A DNA stretch of 64,000 bases from a virus (IMGVR_UViG_3300033070_001371:1-64000), one strand, 5' to 3'. Counted from the stretch's first letter, positions 28,929-38,883 are shown. Notes: generated from the sequence alone by a model not told the origin. Numbers and translations: made by a program.

Positions 28929-29838
28929 GTCCGTACCGGTGACCATCCGTATCCGCCAGCAGGGTTACGTCCGCTCCGCCGGGTACCAAGCGACGGAGTG
29001 GGCCGTCACGGTGCCCGTGAGTGATCCGCCGTCGGACCCTCCGATCGGCACGGACCCTCTCTCGTACGCGCCGCTCTTTGTGGTGCGCAACGTCGGGGGA
29101 TTCGATAGCCTCGAACGCATCGCAACGTTGCGGGACTTCGCCACACTGCCGCAGAGCGAGCTGAAGTACTTCGACGTACGCGGCGCGAACGGCGACGCCT
29201 TCTTTCTGGGATTGTTGCTCGGAGACACGCTGCGCATCACGACCTCGCTTCCGTACTGGCTTCAGGCTGAAACACCGTACACGGACCAGGACTTTATTGT
29301 CGCGCAAGTACCGAATCGTGTCCAAGGAACTTCTGCAAGTTGCTTCACAGGTTCACTGCTCCAGCTCCCGGGATACACGTTCACCAACGACGACGTCGGA
29401 CGGTGGGTGCTGTTGAACGGCTTTAGCGATCCCGCCAACAATGGCTTCGCGCAGATTCTGGGCTATGCAGGATTGACCGCGCACGTCAACAAAACGTTCA
29501 CCAACGACACCGGTGGTGCGTGGGCCTTTCCATGGGTGCGCGTGCAAGACAATTTCCCAGGCCTGGAGCCGCGCTACTTCCCGACGCGCGAACGCGCGCT
29601 AGCGTGGGAGTTGCGGCGCGGCGGATCACTCGTCGCAAGCGGCGACGGCGGCGCGACGATGCGCGAGATCGAGCAGCCACTTGTACGCAGTGTGCGCAAC
29701 ACAATAGTCGCGCCGACGCTCGACGCTGCGCTCGACTTGTTCGACGTTGTGCGCCACGAGGTCGCCGATCTTCAACGTGCCGCGTCGCGCACCAACACCA
29801 CGTTCACCATCCTCATCACCACCACCGTAGGCCCCTGA
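28927..29838 (+). CDS. Putative virion protein, paralogue 1 of a three-gene family
   Basis: PLFVV...RIATLRD and VRS...TLDAA...V motifs are shared with the next two genes; central beta-barrel repeat. Confidence 0.55.
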   Translation: MSVPVTIRIRQQGYVRSAGYQATEWAVTVPVSDPPSDPPIGTDPLSYAPLFVVRNVGGFDSLERIATLRDFATLPQSELKYFDVRGANGDAFFLGLLLGDTLRITTSLPYWLQAETPYTDQDFIVAQVPNRVQGTSASCFTGSLLQLPGYTFTNDDVGRWVLLNGFSDPANNGFAQILGYAGLTAHVNKTFTNDTGGAWAFPWVRVQDNFPGLEPRYFPTRERALAWELRRGGSLVASGDGGATMREIEQPLVRSVRNTIVAPTLDAALDLFDVVRHEVADLQRAASRTNTTFTILITTTVGP

Positions 29839-29839
29839 G

Positions 29840-30232
29840 ATGTCCTGGATCGTTGTCACTCAACGCGAGAACATCACGCAGCGCACACCGCCTGAAGACA
29901 CGACTTACGAGGTCGTGACGTCGGTCGATCAGGCTGGCTCGATCCCGCGCGAGTTGTTCGTCTTCGCCACGGACAACGACGAGTTCAGCAGCGTAGCGCT
30001 GGTGCGCGACATCGAGAGCTGGCCCGCCTCGAAGGAAGAAGCTGTTGCACGCAACCTGGACTTCTATCGAACCGCCGAGGTGACGCGCGCGTTCACGGTC
30101 AAAGAAAAGGCCGCCGGCTTCGCGGCCGACGTGCGTCGCCGGCTCGATGCCGTCAATCGGGACTGGGCTGGCGCGGCAGGGGTGACGTTCGGCGGGCAAC
30201 AGACCTTCGTGTACTCTTCGGAGAGTCCATGA
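29840..30232 (+). CDS. Putative virion protein, paralogue 2
   Basis: YEVVTSV...PRELFV...SVALVRD...YRT...RRRLDAVNRDW. Confidence 0.55.
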   Translation: MSWIVVTQRENITQRTPPEDTTYEVVTSVDQAGSIPRELFVFATDNDEFSSVALVRDIESWPASKEEAVARNLDFYRTAEVTRAFTVKEKAAGFAADVRRRLDAVNRDWAGAAGVTFGGQQTFVYSSESP

Positions 30233-31236
30233 GCACCATTCCGCAGGCCGAGCAGCAGCGCCGCCCGATCACCTTGGTCGACGGCACACAGAAGTTCGAG
30301 ATCACGACGAGCATCGTCGACAAAGGCGACCTGCCATTCAAAGACCTCTTCGTGCTGTCAATCTCCGACACGGGCGACCCGAAGGATGACGTGCTTGCGC
30401 GTGTCGCAACGCCGTACGACATCCGCCAAACCGACCCCGCGTCACCCAAGTACGTCAAAGTCTCGTCGAGTGACTTGATCGTGATTCCGCCCGATACGTT
30501 CGCGCGCATCGCGAACATCGACGAGCTCACAGGGCTGTATCGTGATCGCACCGCTGCTGTACGCAACGGGCGCACCGAGTATCTGTCGTCGGTCATGACC
30601 GTCGTCTACGACACGCTCACAACGGCTGATGCTGCGTACAAGCAGATCCTCGCACGGCTCTCCACGTTGGTAGATGACTGGCGCGCAGTCTTTACGCCGT
30701 TTGCCACTAACCCTACACAGCTCTACGACCTGCCAACGCCGGGCGTTTCCGTTGAAGATGAACGCAAGAAGGCGTACGTCGCCGCGCGCGACGCGCGCAT
30801 TCAGGCCGAAGCCAACCGTGATGCAGCGCAAGCCGCCGCCGATGCTTGCGCCACGGGCTGCCAGATGGACAAGGCGATCTACAATTTCCTCGTCGCTGAC
30901 GTCGCCTTCCTTGATGCCGCGCGCACAATCGTCGTGAACCTCCAGGACACGAGCATTCCTCCCGGCACGCCGCTCACTACCAACGTGCGCGACTTCGTGC
31001 TTCAGCAAGGTGTGTTTGCGAGCGATACGCGCACATACCAAGCGTTGCTCGTCGAGAAGACACGCTTGCGCAACGAGTACGCCGCGAAGGTCGCAGCATG
31101 CGACGCTAACTGCGCCGCCCTCGCAGCAGCCGTACTCGATGCGCAGCGCGTCGTCGATAACGCGCGCACCGCTGAACGGGACGCGCTCTCTGGAGTCTAC
31201 GAAGTCTGTCCGACGTTCGACCCCAGCACCGTATGA
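30229..31236 (+). CDS. Putative virion protein, paralogue 3, with a C-terminal coiled coil and CxxxC motifs
   Basis: FEITTSI...DLFV...RVATPYD...YLS...LARLSTLVDDW. Confidence 0.55.
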   Translation: MSTIPQAEQQRRPITLVDGTQKFEITTSIVDKGDLPFKDLFVLSISDTGDPKDDVLARVATPYDIRQTDPASPKYVKVSSSDLIVIPPDTFARIANIDELTGLYRDRTAAVRNGRTEYLSSVMTVVYDTLTTADAAYKQILARLSTLVDDWRAVFTPFATNPTQLYDLPTPGVSVEDERKKAYVAARDARIQAEANRDAAQAAADACATGCQMDKAIYNFLVADVAFLDAARTIVVNLQDTSIPPGTPLTTNVRDFVLQQGVFASDTRTYQALLVEKTRLRNEYAAKVAACDANCAALAAAVLDAQRVVDNARTAERDALSGVYEVCPTFDPSTV

Positions 31237-31247
31237 TTGAGGACGCC

Positions 31248-32294
31248 ATGAACGACCTGTACAACGACCCTGGGCACGCGCTGCTCTCCTACCTTTTCGA
31301 CCGGCACCCCGGCGCGCCCGAGCTGGTGAAGGGCGCAGAGTTCGAGGACCGCCGCGACCAGATTCCGCAAACAGCGTTCGCGTGGCCGGAGCGCGAGCTG
31401 TTCCCTGTGCACACTCCGGCGCACGCCGTCGTCTCGTACCTCTACGCCAAGCACGGAGCGGCGCAGACCAAGGTCGCAGCAGCAGGGCGCGTGGTGCCGC
31501 TCGTGCCGACGCCCGTCGTCGCCGCGATCGAGGAAGCGCTCGACGCGTACGGCGTCGACCGCGCCAAGCTCGCCGCCGTCGAGGAAAAGGTCGCTGACCT
31601 GCGCGAAGAGGACTGCTTGTTCTCCGAGACCAAGGCGTACCCCGTCCGCAACGCAGGCGAGATCAAGACCGCTGAAGCGAGGCTGCTGGAGCAGGTCCGC
31701 AAACTTCGTCCCGAAACGCGCGCCGAGGCGTTCAGCAAGCTCGCAGCGGCAGCCGATGTGCATGGCGTGGAGCTGCGTCCCGAGTCGTATCGCTGGGCCG
31801 GGCGCGCTGCGACTGACCCGCACGCGCTGGCCTCGACGCTGGAGGTGCGCGCGATGCTCACCAGCGATGAAGAAGCGAAAGCCGGCTACAGCAAGCTGGC
31901 GGCTGCGGTGCTCGAAGACCGGCGAGGGCTGCGCGACCACGCGATGCGCGTGAAGATCGCAGCAGCCATCAACGATCTCGACGCGCGCGCAGGGCTCTCC
32001 AGGCACTACGACCGCAAGATCCCGGACCCGGTGGCGAGCGTGTTCAACGCAGAGAAAGTCGCCGAAGACGCCATCGACCTGGGGGGTACGTTTGTACGTC
32101 CGACGCACCTGGAGCGCCTGCCGACGACGTTCTACTCGGACGCTCTCGGCTTCGACGTGCTTCGCGAGATCGCACCCGGCGGGCGTCTCGACGCGCAGAA
32201 GGTGGCCGAGGTCGTCAACACCCTTCCCGCCGACCTGAAGGCCGACTTCGCGCGGCAGCTGCGCGCGGCAGGCGTGCCGGTCTCGCGAGGCTGA
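31248..32294 (+). CDS. K-x-A-rich putative head protein
   Basis: ATG at 31248 after GAGGA (alternative 31233); at least eight K-x-A motifs; two genes upstream of the terminase. Confidence 0.55.
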   Translation: MNDLYNDPGHALLSYLFDRHPGAPELVKGAEFEDRRDQIPQTAFAWPERELFPVHTPAHAVVSYLYAKHGAAQTKVAAAGRVVPLVPTPVVAAIEEALDAYGVDRAKLAAVEEKVADLREEDCLFSETKAYPVRNAGEIKTAEARLLEQVRKLRPETRAEAFSKLAAAADVHGVELRPESYRWAGRAATDPHALASTLEVRAMLTSDEEAKAGYSKLAAAVLEDRRGLRDHAMRVKIAAAINDLDARAGLSRHYDRKIPDPVASVFNAEKVAEDAIDLGGTFVRPTHLERLPTTFYSDALGFDVLREIAPGGRLDAQKVAEVVNTLPADLKADFARQLRAAGVPVSRG

Positions 32295-32295
32295 G

Positions 32296-32979
32296 ATGTC
32301 GCACGCCACGGAATTGCTCCAAGACCCCGAGGTCGAGCTCAGCGTGGCGTGGAACGCCGCGATGCAGGCTCTGGGCGCCACAATTGGCGCCTGGGAACCG
32401 GAGACGATCCGCATCGAGCTGGAGCGTCGAAAGGTTCCGGCTACTGACGCTTTGATGGCCAAGCTGTTGGCCGCGCAGACTGTCGTCACGGGTCCCGTCT
32501 GGACCTACGACCACGACGCATTCTTCGCCATTGCATTGGCTTGTGACGGCATACCGGCCGCCGCTGACGCAATCCACCACCCGACTCCTGAGCAGCTCTG
32601 CTGGGCCGTCCTGGAGATCGAGCGGCTGACCGGTGACCGCATCACGGACGATCACGGCTTCGACCCTGACGCCATTGATCCCGCCGTCGCCGCTGTGCTG
32701 CATGATGAGGGAATGGTGCTGGCGCCGGACCCGCTGCACTTCGCCCAAGACGTACTCGATCAGTACACGAAGCTGGAACAGGACTTCGTCAATCGCGTCG
32801 AGCGCACGTGGCTCGCTAAGAAGACACTGGCTCACGAGGCTTTACGGCGTATGCTTCGCGAGGAGCCGTCTTCGGCGCTCGACGTCCAGGTCCACCGACT
32901 GGCGGCGTGTCGCATCTACTGCGACGAGCGCACTGAGCGGCGTGCGCGCCAAGATGCAGTCCTACAACACTCCGTATAG
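32296..32979 (+). CDS. Hypothetical protein immediately upstream of the terminase large subunit
   Basis: 227 aa ORF, tightly coupled to both neighbours. Confidence 0.6.
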   Translation: MSHATELLQDPEVELSVAWNAAMQALGATIGAWEPETIRIELERRKVPATDALMAKLLAAQTVVTGPVWTYDHDAFFAIALACDGIPAAADAIHHPTPEQLCWAVLEIERLTGDRITDDHGFDPDAIDPAVAAVLHDEGMVLAPDPLHFAQDVLDQYTKLEQDFVNRVERTWLAKKTLAHEALRRMLREEPSSALDVQVHRLAACRIYCDERTERRARQDAVLQHSV

Positions 32980-34687
32980 CCGCCCGAAGCGTCGCATCGA
33001 GGGGACGCGGTCGCACTTCGCGGAAAACCTCCTGATGTGGGAGGGGAACCCGTTCAGCCTGAACGACTACCCCATGTTCCGGGCGATCTACGATGATTCG
33101 CCGCAGAAGATGCTTTTGAAGACCTGCCGACAGGTCGGCAAGAGCATGACGTTGTCGACGTTCGCGATTGGCGAGTGCGTGGCGATTCCGCACTTCAAGA
33201 CGTTCTTCATTGCGCCGACCAAAGAGCAGACGCAGACGTTTTCGGTCTCGCGCGTCGGCAAATTCATTCTCTTCTCGCCGTTGATCCGCGACATCTTCGT
33301 CGACGAAGGTACGACCAACCGCGTGCTCGCCCGCTACTTCGCGCACGGCTCACAGATCGAGTTCAGCTACGCCTCCGACGACGCAGACCGTTGTCGTGGG
33401 CGTTCCTGCGACCGTCTCATGCTGGACGAAGTGCAGGACATGCTCCTCGAAGCTGTCCGCCCCGTCATCAAGGAGTGCCTCTCGGCGTCAAAGAAAGGCG
33501 GGTACCTTACGTTGTGCGGTACTCCCAAGACGATGGAGAACGGCATCGAAACGCTGTTCCAGGAGTCCACGCAGACTGAGTGGGCAATCAAGTGCGACGG
33601 CTGCGGCAAGTACTCGATTCTGCTGAGCGAGACTCAGTGCGGCAAGCGCGGTCCAGTCTGCATGAAGTGCCAGGGCTACCTCAACCCGCGCAATGGCGTC
33701 TGGGTCGACATGAACCCGAAGCCCCCTGACGAGGACGGGCGAATCAACCAAACGAAGGGCTATCACATCTCGCGTCCGATGATGCCGCAGTTCGTGCCGG
33801 CGGCGTGGCCAATCGGCCCGCTGCGCGACGCGGCGCTCGACAAGTGGAAGACCGACGTCCTGTACAACCTCGAAGGACCCGAAGCGTACCCGATCTCCGT
33901 GTTCCGCAACGAGGTCATGGGCGTCAGCGACTCGCAAGGCCGGCGCCTCGTCACCAAGGAGATGCTCCAGGTTGCGTGCGACGGGCCTTTGATTAGCCGT
34001 TCGCCGACACGCGACAACCTCACAGGCGTGACCAAAATCGCCGCCGGCATCGACTGGTCCGGCGGTGGCACTGCGACTAAGTCGGGCCCCGAGGGCTCGA
34101 TCGCGATCAAGTCGCGCACCGTACTGACGATCATCGGCAAGCTGGGTCTCGGTCGCACGCGTTTGCTCTACTACAAGATCTTCCCAGGTACGTCGCCGCT
34201 TCAAGAGTTCGACGAGATCTTTACGACGTTGATGCTCTACGACAAGGTTACGCAGTACCGCATGTTTATTGGCGGCGACGCAGGCGAAGGCAACATGTCG
34301 ATGGATATGCTCCGTAACAAGATCCAGAACGCGCAGCGCGTGCTGAAGTTCCGCTACTCCGGCACGGCGGCGGCGTACCTTGCTTGGAACAACAAGGGCA
34401 AGTTTGTCACGGTGAACCGAACGGTCTCGCTCGACTCGATCATGACGTCGTTCATCCGCAAGGAGTTTCAGTTTCCGAGCCAGCCTGAGACGATCATGGA
34501 CTTGCCGTTCAAGGACATCCTCGCGGAGTACGAGGAGGTCATCGGGCAGACGGGGGCGACTCGCAAGGTCTGGCGCCACGCCCCGAACCAGCCCGACGAC
34601 TTCCTGCACTCGCTGAACTTCGCACGGATGGCGCTCCAGATCGGCAACCAAGAGGTGAACCTCACCTCGGCCGCTGACGACGACTGA
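32954..34687 (+). CDS. terL: Terminase large subunit (lambda gpA-like, with Zn-finger)
   Basis: CRQVGKS (Walker A), RGRSCDRLMLDE (Walker B), GTPK, CxxC...CxxC, nuclease motifs GIDW and PDDFLHS. The start is ATG 32954, not 32633. Confidence 0.85.
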   Translation: MQSYNTPYSRPKRRIEGTRSHFAENLLMWEGNPFSLNDYPMFRAIYDDSPQKMLLKTCRQVGKSMTLSTFAIGECVAIPHFKTFFIAPTKEQTQTFSVSRVGKFILFSPLIRDIFVDEGTTNRVLARYFAHGSQIEFSYASDDADRCRGRSCDRLMLDEVQDMLLEAVRPVIKECLSASKKGGYLTLCGTPKTMENGIETLFQESTQTEWAIKCDGCGKYSILLSETQCGKRGPVCMKCQGYLNPRNGVWVDMNPKPPDEDGRINQTKGYHISRPMMPQFVPAAWPIGPLRDAALDKWKTDVLYNLEGPEAYPISVFRNEVMGVSDSQGRRLVTKEMLQVACDGPLISRSPTRDNLTGVTKIAAGIDWSGGGTATKSGPEGSIAIKSRTVLTIIGKLGLGRTRLLYYKIFPGTSPLQEFDEIFTTLMLYDKVTQYRMFIGGDAGEGNMSMDMLRNKIQNAQRVLKFRYSGTAAAYLAWNNKGKFVTVNRTVSLDSIMTSFIRKEFQFPSQPETIMDLPFKDILAEYEEVIGQTGATRKVWRHAPNQPDDFLHSLNFARMALQIGNQEVNLTSAADDD

Positions 34688-34703
34688 AGGCCAAAGAAAA
34701 GGA

Positions 34704-35342
34704 TCAGTACGGGGCGCGGCCGGCGAGAAAACGCGTGTACACATGGCGCATGACGGCCATGCCGCGCTTCACGTCGGCCTCGGCGCGGTGCTCGATCAGC
34801 GCGGGGCCGCCGATGCCTTCGTAGGCGAAGTGCAGTCCGAACTGCCCGAGGCCCTTCTCGTGCGCGATCAGCCACGAGAAGCTCTGGAGCTCGACGAAGC
34901 GGCGCTCCCAGGGGGGCAGCAGGCCGAACTTCTCGTGATTGAAGAGCAGCCCACGACGCTTGAGCTCCTCCCACATGAAGCCTCGGTCGAACGGGACGTT
35001 CTGGCTCACGAGACTGGCCTTGCGGGTGATCTTGGCGACTTGATTCCAGCACAACGCTGCTTCGGCGCTGTCGATGGCGGGAGCACCCACCCAATCAGGG
35101 TGGGCGAGGTGAAAACCGTTGGTCTTGAACGCCTGTTCTTCCGCGCGCGCCATGTCTTCGGTTGACGGCGTAAAGCGAAAGCAGGCGTGGTCCAGAGGTG
35201 CGTCCCAGGTGGCAGGGTCGGGACGCACGCGAGTGACGGCGATCTCGATGACGCGATGTACTGCGTCGCTGAGGCCGGTGGTCTCGACGTCGACGAAGGC
35301 GAGGTCGGAGAGAGAAGTCTGGGCGGGTCGGTAGTTACTCAT
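34704..35342 (-). CDS. DEDDh 3'-5' exonuclease (DnaQ/oligoribonuclease-like)
   Basis: FVDVETTGL, QNVPFD, HRAEAD; the likely start is MSNYRP at 35342. Confidence 0.85.
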   Translation of the reverse strand: MSNYRPAQTSLSDLAFVDVETTGLSDAVHRVIEIAVTRVRPDPATWDAPLDHACFRFTPSTEDMARAEEQAFKTNGFHLAHPDWVGAPAIDSAEAALCWNQVAKITRKASLVSQNVPFDRGFMWEELKRRGLLFNHEKFGLLPPWERRFVELQSFSWLIAHEKGLGQFGLHFAYEGIGGPALIEHRAEADVKRGMAVMRHVYTRFLAGRAPY

Positions 35343-35349
35343 GCCGAGC

Positions 35350-35377
35350 ATCATACCGACCCGCCTAGTGAGGTCAA
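35350..35377 (-). promoter_or_regulatory. Sigma-70-consensus promoter, leaderless
   Basis: TTGACC-N16-TATGAT, then 7 nt to ATG 35342. Confidence 0.65.
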
Positions 35378-35389
35378 TCTTCCAGTAGT

Positions 35390-38300
35390 TTACGCAACCC
35401 TCGGCGCCGGACGCTTGGGCTTCGTCGACGGCGCGAGTTCATGCTCGTCTGGGTCGCGCAGATCCTCGAAGATCTCCTCTTCGGTGTAGCCGTCGAGTTC
35501 GGCCATCGGCAGCGGCGCCGGGAGCTTGGCAAGGTACTTCTCCGCCCCCATCACTTCGCCGTAGCTCGGGCCGAGCTCGACGTCCCAACGGTACGGCACC
35601 GGGAGCCACGGGCACTCACGCGCCACGCGGTCGGTGCCGTACTTCTTGAAGATCTCCGGCACCTGATGCGCGTACTTCTTCGGCACCTGAAAGCCGATGG
35701 AGTCGTGCACCGTGAGCAAGAGACGGCCCTTGAGGTCGCGCTCGATGACGTCCGCAACCCAGCAAAGCACCGACATGACGATGTCGCTGTTGGTGCCTTG
35801 GATCTTGAAGTTGACGGCCTGCCGTTCCGCCTTGGCGCGGAGGGCATTGGGAGCGTACTTGCCAAGCGAAAAGCGGCGACGACGCCCATGGTAGGTCTCG
35901 ACAATGCCGAAAGTGCGCATCTCCCAGATGGTCTGGTTGATGAACGCCTCCAGCGTCGGGAACTTCGTGAACAGCAGCTTCTTGATCTGCTGCGCGAGTT
36001 CGAGATTGATGCCGGCGATCTCGGCGATCTTCTTGACGCCGGCACCGAAGAGCAGCCCGAAGACAAGACGCTTGATGTTGTCGCGCAGCGCCTTGAGGCG
36101 CTTGCCGTACGCCTTGTCTTCTAGCAGGTCGTCCTTCCCCTTGAGGAAGTCCTCGTACGACCACGCGTGGTCGTCGTCGATCGCGGCGTTGGCCAGCGCA
36201 ATGCGTCGATCTTCGCCGTGTAGACCAGCAGCGACGAGCGCAGGGTTGAGGCACTGCGACGCGAAAAAGCAGTGCGCGTCCATGCCTTCGAGCAGCGCGT
36301 TGATCAGCGCGGAGTCTTTGGCATAGCCGGCGAAGATTGAGACCTCGGCACCCTTAGCGTCAGCGTTGCCGAAGCAGTAGCTGTCGTCATCTGGGATGAA
36401 GAGCTTCTTGCACTTCACACCCTCGAAGACGGGCTTGCCGTCGGGCCCAATCACGAGGTTGCCCCGCATGTCGCGCAGCGCCCCGATCAAGCCCTTGATG
36501 ATGTTCTGGTTGTTGAAGCCGACACCGTCGACACCCGAAGACGACGACAGACGGCCAGTGGACGTGCCTGTGATGTTGTAGCCGGGGTGGATGCGCCCGT
36601 CCTCGAACATGTTCGACAAGATGCCGATGTTCTTGAAGAAGCTGTTCTTTGCCTTGTCGGCTTTCTTCAGGGTCATCAGCAGGTTGGCGAGCGGGCACTT
36701 GTACCGCGTGACGAGGCTCTTGAGCACGGCCTCGCCGGTCTGCATCTGCCCCTTTACGGTGTAGTGCTGCGAGCGGTACATGATCCGACCGCCGACGTAG
36801 CGCACGTGCTCGGGGTGCTCGCGTGCCATCTGTTCGGCGAGCTCCGGGTCGGGGTGCTTGTATCCGACGCCGCCGGTGAACAAGTACCCCGCGAGCTTCT
36901 TCGGGCTGTTCAGCGGGAACTTCTCACCGCACAGCTCAAAGATCTTGTCGGTCGTCGACGTGATCGTGTTGTCCAAGGCTCGATCACCCCACTCGCGGTA
37001 GGACTGGTCGATGTTGATGCCCTGGTACTCGATCTTGGCGAGCTGCGTCTGGCGCGGGAGATAGTCTTCTTTCACCAGCCGGTGCAGCGGCGTCGGGTGC
37101 TGACACAACACGTCAACGCGGAACTTCGCGAGCTCGCTGGTCGGCGGGCCCGAGACGATCTCTTCGTGAACTTGCTGTCGCCAGCGCTCGAACTTGTCGT
37201 CTTCGTTGTACATGCGCTCGCTCTGCTTGACGGCAAGACGGCGCGTCGCATCGGAGTCGACGGCGGCGTAGAAGTAGAGCTCGTCGAGCGAGACGTTCTC
37301 GAAGCCACCTTTGCGCTTGCGCTCTTTGGCAGCCTCTCGCTCAGCCTTGCCCGTGAACTCGCCGTTGGCCTTGGCGGTCAGCAGGAGGTTCAGGTCGGCG
37401 AGCTGACTCTGAAGCCGCGCTAGCCCCGCCTCGTCGCCGAGAGGGAGCTGCTTGAGCTTCTCCTGAGTTTTCCTGACGGTCTCAGGACGGAACTGCGCGT
37501 TCTTGATGTGCCCTGCCGCGACGGCGCGTTCGAGCGCCGTCGCAATTGTGGCCGGCAGCTTCACCGCACGCTTCGCCGAGACTTGGACCTCGGTGAAGTT
37601 CGCGGCGTCCGCCTTGAGCAGCTCGTCGTGCAATCGGTCTTCGTACCCGGAGAGAAAGGGCAAGTCCTGCTTCGTCAAGAACTTGAGGTTGTACTGCCCT
37701 TTTTTGTCCTCTTCGAGCACGTGCTCGGCGCAGAAAACGTCCCACGCAATCTTGCCCACGTCCCCAAGCGGCCAGCCTAGACGCCAGAAGACCTTGAAGT
37801 CGTACTTGGCGTTGAACCAGATCAGCGGCTTACCGCTTCGCATGAGCCAGACGATGTGCTCGTACGCGGCGGCCGGGTCATACGGCGTGTCCTTGTGCCA
37901 GAGCGGCACCGTCGCGGCTTTGCCGTCATCCCACGCGAATGAGACGGCGACCAGCTTGGTGCCAGACCAGTGTGGATGCAGCGTGTTGGTTTCGGTGTCG
38001 AACGAGATCTTCCAATCGAGGTGTTCGACACCGGGCCGCGTGTACTCGAAGACGTGACGCACAAGGTCTTTCACCTCGGCGACAGACTTCGGGTAGATGT
38101 ACTCCTTCTCGATCTCAGCCCGCGTGAGTGTGCGCACCTCAGCGTGTGTCGCGATGCGCATGGCACGCTCGACGTCGGCAAGCACGGAGCTGTACTTGCC
38201 GACCGCGACGGCGAGAGCCTTGAGCGAGCGCGTGAAGATCACCGTGAGGTAGGCATCGCCGAACTTCACGTTGTCGTAGACGCGGCCGGCAGCCTCCTTC

Positions 38301-38827
38301 TCGGATCGCACAGGAATGCCGAGCGCGTGGAGCGCCGGCACGCCGCACGCGATGACCGTAAGCGAACGTTCCGGGGCGTCCGCCTGACGCACAGCAGCGA
38401 GCCGCGCGACTTCGGTCTTGAGTGGCGTGCGGCACGCAGTGATCACGGCCTTGCTAGGTGCGTCGACCGCGCACTTTACGGCGTACACGTACCGGAAGTT
38501 CAATGCGGCGAACTCTGGGTGTTGCTTCTGCACTTCCTTGATCGCGTTCTTCAAAACGCGCGCGCCGTCGTCGCGGAACGGCTGGTGGAAGAGCGAGTTG
38601 TCCGGGATCGCCTTCCCGCCGACGACGGCGAGGCGCGGCGCGATCGGCGCGTCACCGACGACCAAGATGTCAGCGTAGTCAGAGCCGTCGGGTTGAGGGA
38701 AGTAGTGCGCGCCCTTGAAGGCGGGGCACGACGCACACCCCGGGCCTGCCTTGGTGGCGAACTCGGGGCGCGCGCAGATGTCGCAGTGGAATGGCGGTGG
38801 CGCCTCCGGGAGCGAGATCGACGCCAT
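35390..38827 (-). CDS. polA: Family A DNA polymerase with an N-terminal uracil-DNA-glycosylase-like domain and a 3'-5' exonuclease domain
   Basis: UDG4-like VVGDAP/YAVKC; Exo motifs DTET, FNAKYD, YAAVD; TGRLSS; motif A ADAKGAE; motif B RDNIKRLVFGLLFG; motif C VHDS. Confidence 0.9.
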   Translation of the reverse strand: MASISLPEAPPPFHCDICARPEFATKAGPGCASCPAFKGAHYFPQPDGSDYADILVVGDAPIAPRLAVVGGKAIPDNSLFHQPFRDDGARVLKNAIKEVQKQHPEFAALNFRYVYAVKCAVDAPSKAVITACRTPLKTEVARLAAVRQADAPERSLTVIACGVPALHALGIPVRSEKEAAGRVYDNVKFGDAYLTVIFTRSLKALAVAVGKYSSVLADVERAMRIATHAEVRTLTRAEIEKEYIYPKSVAEVKDLVRHVFEYTRPGVEHLDWKISFDTETNTLHPHWSGTKLVAVSFAWDDGKAATVPLWHKDTPYDPAAAYEHIVWLMRSGKPLIWFNAKYDFKVFWRLGWPLGDVGKIAWDVFCAEHVLEEDKKGQYNLKFLTKQDLPFLSGYEDRLHDELLKADAANFTEVQVSAKRAVKLPATIATALERAVAAGHIKNAQFRPETVRKTQEKLKQLPLGDEAGLARLQSQLADLNLLLTAKANGEFTGKAEREAAKERKRKGGFENVSLDELYFYAAVDSDATRRLAVKQSERMYNEDDKFERWRQQVHEEIVSGPPTSELAKFRVDVLCQHPTPLHRLVKEDYLPRQTQLAKIEYQGINIDQSYREWGDRALDNTITSTTDKIFELCGEKFPLNSPKKLAGYLFTGGVGYKHPDPELAEQMAREHPEHVRYVGGRIMYRSQHYTVKGQMQTGEAVLKSLVTRYKCPLANLLMTLKKADKAKNSFFKNIGILSNMFEDGRIHPGYNITGTSTGRLSSSSGVDGVGFNNQNIIKGLIGALRDMRGNLVIGPDGKPVFEGVKCKKLFIPDDDSYCFGNADAKGAEVSIFAGYAKDSALINALLEGMDAHCFFASQCLNPALVAAGLHGEDRRIALANAAIDDDHAWSYEDFLKGKDDLLEDKAYGKRLKALRDNIKRLVFGLLFGAGVKKIAEIAGINLELAQQIKKLLFTKFPTLEAFINQTIWEMRTFGIVETYHGRRRRFSLGKYAPNALRAKAERQAVNFKIQGTNSDIVMSVLCWVADVIERDLKGRLLLTVHDSIGFQVPKKYAHQVPEIFKKYGTDRVARECPWLPVPYRWDVELGPSYGEVMGAEKYLAKLPAPLPMAELDGYTEEEIFEDLRDPDEHELAPSTKPKRPAPRVA

Positions 38828-38883
38828 TCAGCGTCCTCCTCGGTCTCGGCAGCGGTACATGATGGAGCCCTTCATGGTGTCCC

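Noticed and set aside
32633-32953. Extended N-termini in the ORF track for terminase, portal (50611), ParB (46946), fibre (23008) and ferritin-like (57999)
   Set aside because: They overlap other genes, and downstream starts with better Shine-Dalgarno or coupling exist.
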